DNA of 64,000 bases from Candidatus Woesebacteria bacterium (GTDB taxonomy: Bacteria; Patescibacteriota; Microgenomatia; UBA1400; UBA1396): positions 5,257-69,256 of the forward strand of contig JAJOJK010000001.1 in assembly GCA_021208605.1 (NCBI GenBank), written 5' to 3'. Of the stretch, positions 58,630 through 64,000 are shown in pieces (position 1 is the first letter of the stretch; each line of letters starts with the position of its first letter). The translations under genes and the position numbers were made by a program. The notes beneath the pieces were generated by a model, which searched no databases, had not been told where the DNA came from, and was given only the letters and a program-made list of their open reading frames with translations.

Positions 58630-59607
58630 ATGTCTTCCCTTTTTGCCGAACTTCCCTATCTTCTCTGGCGACCGTTCGCTCTCTTGGCACAGGTTCCGCT
58701 ATTTGGAGTTTTTCGTTTTCTCGAGTTCATTACCTCAGGCCTCAACTCACTTTTTCCAACTCAGTATCTAGAAGGAAATATCGGCGTATTTCCAGTCTGG
58801 GGTGTGGTGTATACGATCGTGTTTACGAGCGTTTTTGCCTTTGCGGTAACGACGGTTATGGAGCTTGTTCTGCGGGTGATTGGCTTTCAACGACAGCGTC
58901 AGCGCAGGAAGAAAAAACGGTTTCAACTCTCTTTCCAGCAGTGGTTCTTACTCTGGTTGTTGATTTGGTTTGGTGTGCTGGGTGTGGGCAGAATCTTGAG
59001 TCCGGTGTGGTCGGATTTGTTTCTTTCGGAATCGCTTGTTGGCCTCTATTTTGCTGGTTTTGCCTTTGGCGTGGTGGCGATCGTTCGGTATCTGATTCTG
59101 ACGGCAGTGAATCTTGGTGTGCGTATATCGGCTCAGAAAATAAAGTTCCCACAGTGGTCAAAAACTATGGGAAGAGCGGGTCTAATTTTCTTGGCGGTCT
59201 ATCCGATTTTAGCCCTTATTGGCGTCATTGCCTGGTTTCGCTACGAAACCAATCCTGGTGGGAGTCAGTTTCATGTGCTGCATGCTGCAATCAAGAATAC
59301 GTGTTTGATTGATGCAGCTCGCGAAAATTGTCCGCAGACGTTGGAAGAACTGAGCTATATTGAACCAGCGGCATTCGCTCGTGCGCAGGAATTTACACAA
59401 ATGCAGTATCAGTATGACGCGGAGACGAATCAGTACAGCTTAGTTATTCGCTACAATCCTCAGCGGGCGGTGGTGTTTGACCAGCGTTTGCATGCGGTGT
59501 ATGGTTTGGATTTCCATGAGTATTCGGTAGCACTTTTGGGGACAGATCGACTCAAAGAAGCCCCCGCGTGGTCAGGACCATGGATGTTTCCGGATTGGGA
59601 TTACTGA
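58630..59607 (+). CDS. Hypothetical polytopic membrane protein
   Basis: Internal ATG after the tRNA (TATACT -10 upstream); several TM helices. Confidence 0.5.
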   Translation: MSSLFAELPYLLWRPFALLAQVPLFGVFRFLEFITSGLNSLFPTQYLEGNIGVFPVWGVVYTIVFTSVFAFAVTTVMELVLRVIGFQRQRQRRKKKRFQLSFQQWFLLWLLIWFGVLGVGRILSPVWSDLFLSESLVGLYFAGFAFGVVAIVRYLILTAVNLGVRISAQKIKFPQWSKTMGRAGLIFLAVYPILALIGVIAWFRYETNPGGSQFHVLHAAIKNTCLIDAARENCPQTLEELSYIEPAAFARAQEFTQMQYQYDAETNQYSLVIRYNPQRAVVFDQRLHAVYGLDFHEYSVALLGTDRLKEAPAWSGPWMFPDWDY

Positions 59608-59612
59608 GTTGC

Positions 59613-60617
59613 CTAAGTTGCACTCAGGCGAACTGGCAGCTTATTCGTTTTGATAATATCGAGTACGGTTTCTTTGTAGGTGGTGCGTTCGTTCAAGAAG
59701 GCTGGAAGTAAAAGATCACTCACAGTGAGTTCACTCTGGCTCCAGGCTCGACTTATGTCATTCAGAGCAACTTTTCCTACGTACAGTTTTTCAACTGCAT
59801 AATCATTTTTGACTAACCACTGACACACTTGAATTGCTCCAGCTAAGTAAATTTGGTTTTTGGTGAAGGCGCCGGGAACAGAGGTGTCGGTCAGACCGCG
59901 CTTGACTTTCAAACAGATATTAAAGCGTTTCTGTTTATCAGGGAGATAGTCTTTCAGTTCGGCGAAGAGTTCGGAGAAAGAGAGGTACTCAGCTCGGCAG
60001 ACAGCGTAGTAGTTGAGTGCCGGGAAAAAGAGTAAACGGTCGTCCAGAGAAAGCTGGGCATGAATAACCGCCAGGCCCTCTTCAGTGGCCAAATATGGCG
60101 AGAAATCAAAGGCTTTAGCGCGGCGATGCCAGGGTTGCTTTTTGTCGTTAAGGCGGCGAAAAACGTGGGTGCCAATTTCGTGGTCTAGTACGCTCTGGAT
60201 GCCGTGCTCGCGATACTGCACCGGAGTACGGATGCGGAGAGTATTCTGGAAGACGCTGGTGCGAGCCATGTAGCTGCTGGAGAAACTGTAGGTAATGGTG
60301 TTGCTGAGGTGATTGCGATCGAGATATTCTTTGACGTATTCTTCCACTTCAGTTTGGGAAAGTACTCTGCCCTGCACCTCATCGTTGTAGTTTTCTTCGT
60401 TACCCCACTTGTGAACCAGTTTGTTGAGAATGGCTTGCGCCGTGGATAAGTACTCTTGCGAGACCGGACCATAGCGATACAGAGCTTCTTCGTCGATATC
60501 TTCTTCGTACTCAAATTGTGGGTTATAGAGCGGGTCGAAAAGGAACTTTTCCTCTTCTTCCTTGAGGTTGGTCGGGATCAGCTGGCTGAGGAATGTGGTG
60601 GTGTTTTTGGCAGACAT
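59613..60617 (-). CDS. DUF1704 (QEGLA-motif) protein, zincin-like HExxH
   Basis: LDHEIGTHVF (HExxH) and ATEEGLAV (QEGLA-like) motifs. Confidence 0.65.
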   Translation of the reverse strand: MSAKNTTTFLSQLIPTNLKEEEEKFLFDPLYNPQFEYEEDIDEEALYRYGPVSQEYLSTAQAILNKLVHKWGNEENYNDEVQGRVLSQTEVEEYVKEYLDRNHLSNTITYSFSSSYMARTSVFQNTLRIRTPVQYREHGIQSVLDHEIGTHVFRRLNDKKQPWHRRAKAFDFSPYLATEEGLAVIHAQLSLDDRLLFFPALNYYAVCRAEYLSFSELFAELKDYLPDKQKRFNICLKVKRGLTDTSVPGAFTKNQIYLAGAIQVCQWLVKNDYAVEKLYVGKVALNDISRAWSQSELTVSDLLLPAFLNERTTYKETVLDIIKTNKLPVRLSAT

Positions 60618-60618
60618 A

Positions 60619-61893
60619 TTACTCTCCGAGAATCAGGAATCCTTTGAGGTCGTTGCGACCGAGCTCGATATTGTGTTTCTTGTGGTTCAGGCGTTTGGAA
60701 ACAATCATGGAAGTGGGGATAATGCGATCGCGAATTTTGATTGAAACCGGCACAACCGGGACTTTGCCTTCATCTTCGTCGCTTTGGTTATAGAGAAGGT
60801 CGCGGCGTTCGTTGAGTTTGAGTTCAGTGGCCAAACTTTCGGCGATGGCACTCTGCAAGCGTTGGGTATTGATCAAGGCTTTGACGTCATGATAGGTGCG
60901 TTTGTCGTCCAGCAGTTTGATGGTTTCACGAATGTTGATGATGGGACGGTCGACTTCGTTACCAATGCCGGGATAGTTTTCTGCAAAAAGTGACTGACCA
61001 ATTTTTACTGCGTGCAACACACTGCGGGCTTGGACGCCTTCGACGCGTTCCAGACGCTGTCGTAGACCAGCATGGTTTGCTAACTGAATGGAAAGGCCTG
61101 GATAGGCGTTTACTTCGGCAATCATCGGGCCTTTTTCAGGATGGAGAAAGATATCGACACCCAGGTACACCATGCCGCTGGCGTTCGCTGTCCGGACGGC
61201 GGTTTTGAGCACTTCCAGCCAATACGGAATCTGGATACCGCGCACCGAGGCGTTGTTATGGGGGAAATAGGTAATGCTTTTTTTCTTTCCAGAGACGGCA
61301 AAGGTTGACTTGCCAGTACCCATATCAATACCGAGACCGATGGCGCCTTGGTCCAAATTTGCGCGACCATTTGAGGCTTTCGTTGGAATACGTGCCATGG
61401 CCATGATGGGGATTTTGCGATACAAAATAACACGAATGTCGGGTGTGCCCTGCATGACGTAGTCTTCGAGATCGGGGTGAATAGGAATGCGTTCTTCGAC
61501 CAGTGCCTTGTGGCGGTTGCCCCAGGTACTGTACTGGCCATCGAGAATATCACTCACGTGGAGAGTGAGGTCGTCGGAAGAGTATTCTTTGCCACTGACG
61601 TCTACCCAGCGATCGTGCCCCACTTTATGGCTGATCACAATAATACCCTTACCAGCGCTGCCGCTAGCGGGTTTGACAGCAAAATGGCCTTCAATACTGT
61701 GCCAATTAAATTCACGCAGTTCTTCCTGCGAAGTGATTTGGGCATAGAGCTGCGGCACGCCTATGTTGTGTTTGCTCAAGAAAGCTTTCGCGCGGAGCTT
61801 GGAAAAACCCAAACGCTTCGCCTTACGGCTATTCAGCGAAGTATACCGCTGCACTCGAGCGTTGAGACCAAGAATATCACCCGGTTTCACCAT
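60619..61893 (-). CDS. RimK-like ATP-grasp ligase fused to a C-terminal DUF785-like (retropepsin-type) domain
   Basis: ATP-grasp motifs (FAVKPASGSAGKGIIV, MIAEVNAYPG) plus a C-terminal extension typical of alpha-L-glutamate-ligase-related proteins. Confidence 0.7.
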   Translation of the reverse strand: MVKPGDILGLNARVQRYTSLNSRKAKRLGFSKLRAKAFLSKHNIGVPQLYAQITSQEELREFNWHSIEGHFAVKPASGSAGKGIIVISHKVGHDRWVDVSGKEYSSDDLTLHVSDILDGQYSTWGNRHKALVEERIPIHPDLEDYVMQGTPDIRVILYRKIPIMAMARIPTKASNGRANLDQGAIGLGIDMGTGKSTFAVSGKKKSITYFPHNNASVRGIQIPYWLEVLKTAVRTANASGMVYLGVDIFLHPEKGPMIAEVNAYPGLSIQLANHAGLRQRLERVEGVQARSVLHAVKIGQSLFAENYPGIGNEVDRPIINIRETIKLLDDKRTYHDVKALINTQRLQSAIAESLATELKLNERRDLLYNQSDEDEGKVPVVPVSIKIRDRIIPTSMIVSKRLNHKKHNIELGRNDLKGFLILGE

Positions 61894-61896
61894 GGG

Positions 61897-62865
61897 TTAC
61901 TCCTCTTCTGAATCGAGAATTGGTTTAAAGCGGAAGTACTCGGACAACCGGAGACCAGTGTATTTCCCTACCGCCACATCGAGTACCAGCACAGCCAAAA
62001 TAGTTAATTCCGGATGCAAGATCACGAAGTCCTGAACCATTTCGGTGCGTAAGAACAAGGCTGATAACACTGCTAACAGAATAGTTTCCAAAGTGAGTTC
62101 AATCGCCCGCGACTCACTGCCTGTTTGGGTGGCTTCCACAAAGTTTTCGGACAAGAGGATGAGCACCAAGATCGGGAAAATACCGACGGCAATCAAGTCA
62201 ATATTGATCTGAATTAAGTACGGCGAAAGCAGTAACAGGCCAAAGACCGAGAGCGATACCACCCAGAGTAAGAGCGCCGTGCGCGGCAGATACTGCAGTT
62301 TGAAGCGCTTGATGATGCTACGACCCACACTCGCCACCAGCAGAATCGAGATGAAGAGGGCCAAACCAGTAACAATACCAGTCGATAACAGTGCCACAGC
62401 CAAAATGGCGGGCGTGTACACACCAAAACCTGAGAGACCAACAATGTGGCGCGAAGCGGCAATAAAGGAAGCAATCACTGGGAATAAGAGAATCAGGACC
62501 AAAATGTTGGCTGGTACTCCACTCTCTACAGCCCGGCGGATCGCGTGCTGCAGGATGTTGGTGGGATTCATGGGATCAACAGGATTGTTGTCGAGAAGTT
62601 GGGCCAGTCGACTTTTGGCTTGACCGGTGGTTTCGGTAATATCGCGTTCTTTTTTCTCTTCGATCTTTTGGACGACCTCAGCCGATGGTGTGGCCGTAGC
62701 AGAAGCAGTTGCTTCTGCCGATTCTGTTGAAGCCGGCGTGGCAACATTTTCCACGAGATCAACGCGCGAGGTTTGGGCTTGGGCTGGTAAGTGGAGCGTT
62801 AAGAACAACACCACGCAACCACCAATCAAGAGCATCAGGGAAAGGAGCTTTTGCAAAAAAGTCAT
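61897..62865 (-). CDS. Secreted/7-TM membrane protein, third member of the ATP-grasp/DUF1704 operon
   Basis: Signal peptide and Ala/Thr/Ser-rich linker followed by about seven hydrophobic helices. Confidence 0.5.
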   Translation of the reverse strand: MTFLQKLLSLMLLIGGCVVLFLTLHLPAQAQTSRVDLVENVATPASTESAEATASATATPSAEVVQKIEEKKERDITETTGQAKSRLAQLLDNNPVDPMNPTNILQHAIRRAVESGVPANILVLILLFPVIASFIAASRHIVGLSGFGVYTPAILAVALLSTGIVTGLALFISILLVASVGRSIIKRFKLQYLPRTALLLWVVSLSVFGLLLLSPYLIQINIDLIAVGIFPILVLILLSENFVEATQTGSESRAIELTLETILLAVLSALFLRTEMVQDFVILHPELTILAVLVLDVAVGKYTGLRLSEYFRFKPILDSEEE

Positions 62866-63064
62866 GTCGTTATTATACGATGAATGCTATCGGAAAGAAA
62901 AGGATTTGGTGGTGAAAAGGAGGTGTCTAGCCTGGAGAAGGTCGCTTGCCAGTTGGTGTCAGCAAACTTGTCCTCGCCGATTTGGACCGCATTTGGTATA
63001 ATTCCTCCATCTCATCTCGAGAACCAGAAATTGACAAGCGCGAATGCGCTTTTCTCTTTCTCAC

Positions 63065-63138
63065 CGGGTCAGTAGCTCAGTCGGTTAGAGCATCTGCCTC
63101 TTAAGCAGAGTGTCGTGGGTTCGAGTCCCACCTGACCC
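63065..63138 (+). tRNA. tRNA-Lys(CTT), CCA not encoded
   Basis: Acceptor GGGTCAG/CTGACCC, D-arm GCTCAGTCGGTTAGAGC, anticodon arm TCTGC-CTCTTAA-GCAGA, T-loop TTCGAGT. Confidence 0.85.
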
Positions 63139-63145
63139 ACTTTCA

Positions 63146-63177
63146 TAAAAAAAGACAGCCAAGGCTGTCTTTTTTTA
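63146..63177. terminator. Bidirectional intrinsic terminator after tRNA-Lys
   Basis: aaaaaaagacagccaaggctgtcttttttt. Confidence 0.6.
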
Positions 63178-63378
63178 TGAAAATGGGCGAGTTGGCAGAT
63201 GAGAGGCCATTTGGGGTCCGACGGGACCGAGCATACCGAATGTAAAATAATGCGAGGTGACCCTAGTGCATGCGGAGTGAGATTCAAAAGTATTTACTAA
63301 AAATAATAGTTTTGTTTTCATTAACACCGTAATTCTCTCATACCTGGTTTGTCTTTTGATAGCGTATGATGAGTGTAT

Positions 63379-64000
63379 ATGGGTTTTTTTAGACAACGTA
63401 GTGGGATTGATAGGGGGAAACTGAATTCTGAACGAACCTTTTTCGTACCTCAAGATCACGTTCTCTCTGAGTGTATTCGATCAGATGGTTGGAATGAAAA
63501 TGAGATAGCCAGTATTCGCTATGGACTAGAAATTCATCAACAACTCAAAGAGATGAAATTAGATGCCTATAGGTTGCCGCTTATTTATTTAGGATCAGGA
63601 GGCGATCTTTTTTCAGCGTTAGCCGTCTCTGGGTCTCAAAGAATTTTCTTGATTGATCCAAATGATTTCTATTCACGCCCGGGTGAACAAAGGAATTTTG
63701 GTACTTATTCTTCTTTTCACGAAGTTTGGGAGGAAGTGGTGGGAGAAGCTAAAAAGTTTGAGAAACTACTCGCTCCAGGGCAACTGGAATATTGGAACGC
63801 ACTCTCACCTGTTCGCCGCATTGTACAAGACTTGCAAAGATTAGGAGTGCAGTTTTCAGACGTTAGCGTCGAGTATATTCCAGCCTTAGAAGCAAATCTG
63901 ACTATTACATTTCCGAATCGCAATGTAATTACTGTAACTTATATTCCAGCTACCATCGGAGCTCAAGATATTTCAGATCTTCTGTCTGAATATGATGTTT
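63379..64000 (+). CDS. Hypothetical protein, 5' partial running off the window end
   Basis: Open frame MGFFRQRSGIDRGKL... for more than 200 codons with no stop before the window edge; absent from the ORF track, presumably because no stop is reached before the window end. Confidence 0.35.
   Translation, partial: MGFFRQRSGIDRGKLNSERTFFVPQDHVLSECIRSDGWNENEIASIRYGLEIHQQLKEMKLDAYRLPLIYLGSGGDLFSALAVSGSQRIFLIDPNDFYSRPGEQRNFGTYSSFHEVWEEVVGEAKKFEKLLAPGQLEYWNALSPVRRIVQDLQRLGVQFSDVSVEYIPALEANLTITFPNRNVITVTYIPATIGAQDISDLLSEYDV

Noticed and set aside
1-64000. CRISPR arrays and rRNA genes
   Set aside because: No regularly spaced direct repeats and no 16S/23S/5S-like conserved segments were seen in either strand.

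Overview
This 64-kb window appears to come from a small-genome, roughly 50% GC bacterium, probably a CPR/Patescibacteria-like lineage. That attribution is inference from four things: none of the five tRNAs encodes its 3' CCA, AlaS lacks its C-terminal domain, and the window carries lamin-tail-domain and sortase-dependent surface proteins. Most of the window is tightly packed housekeeping genes: rpsF-ssb-rpsR, trmD, uppP, comM-like, htrA, ctpA, ychF, folA, thyA, typA, mltG, ruvX, alaS, argS, nrnA, corA and ccdA. It also holds RNase P RNA and five tRNAs (Glu-CTC, Gln-CTG, Arg-TCT, Arg-TCG, Lys-CTT).

The most notable feature is an AT-rich integrative island of about 11-13 kb immediately 3' of tRNA-Arg(TCT). 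A large serine recombinase gene runs antisense into that tRNA, with its stop codon inside the anticodon loop. The island carries a SIR2-like/HerA-like two-gene anti-phage operon preceded by an XRE regulator, plus a macro-domain protein, a phage terminase-small-subunit-like HTH protein, several orphan genes, a split GH-A glycosidase, and an HNH endonuclease abutting a second tRNA-Arg(TCG).

Other points worth a second look:
- an IS200/RAYT-like HUH transposase flanked by perfect 21-bp inverted repeats;
- a candidate small RNA driven by a consensus sigma70 promoter just upstream of the island;
- a BlaI-family repressor with a TACTAC/GTAGTA palindrome in front of a DsbA-like/CcdA thiol-disulfide operon;
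- a conserved 7TM / RimK-like ATP-grasp / DUF1704 triad;
- a bacterial Elp3-like radical-SAM/GNAT protein;
- frameshifts in or next to A/T homopolymer runs (ychF, dsbA-like, HNH, one small ORF), plus a split GH gene, pointing to either homopolymer sequencing errors or real pseudogenization.

No rRNA or CRISPR array was seen. Coordinates I derived by hand (tRNAs, promoters, repeats) are approximate to +/-2 nt; CDS ends follow the supplied ORF track.
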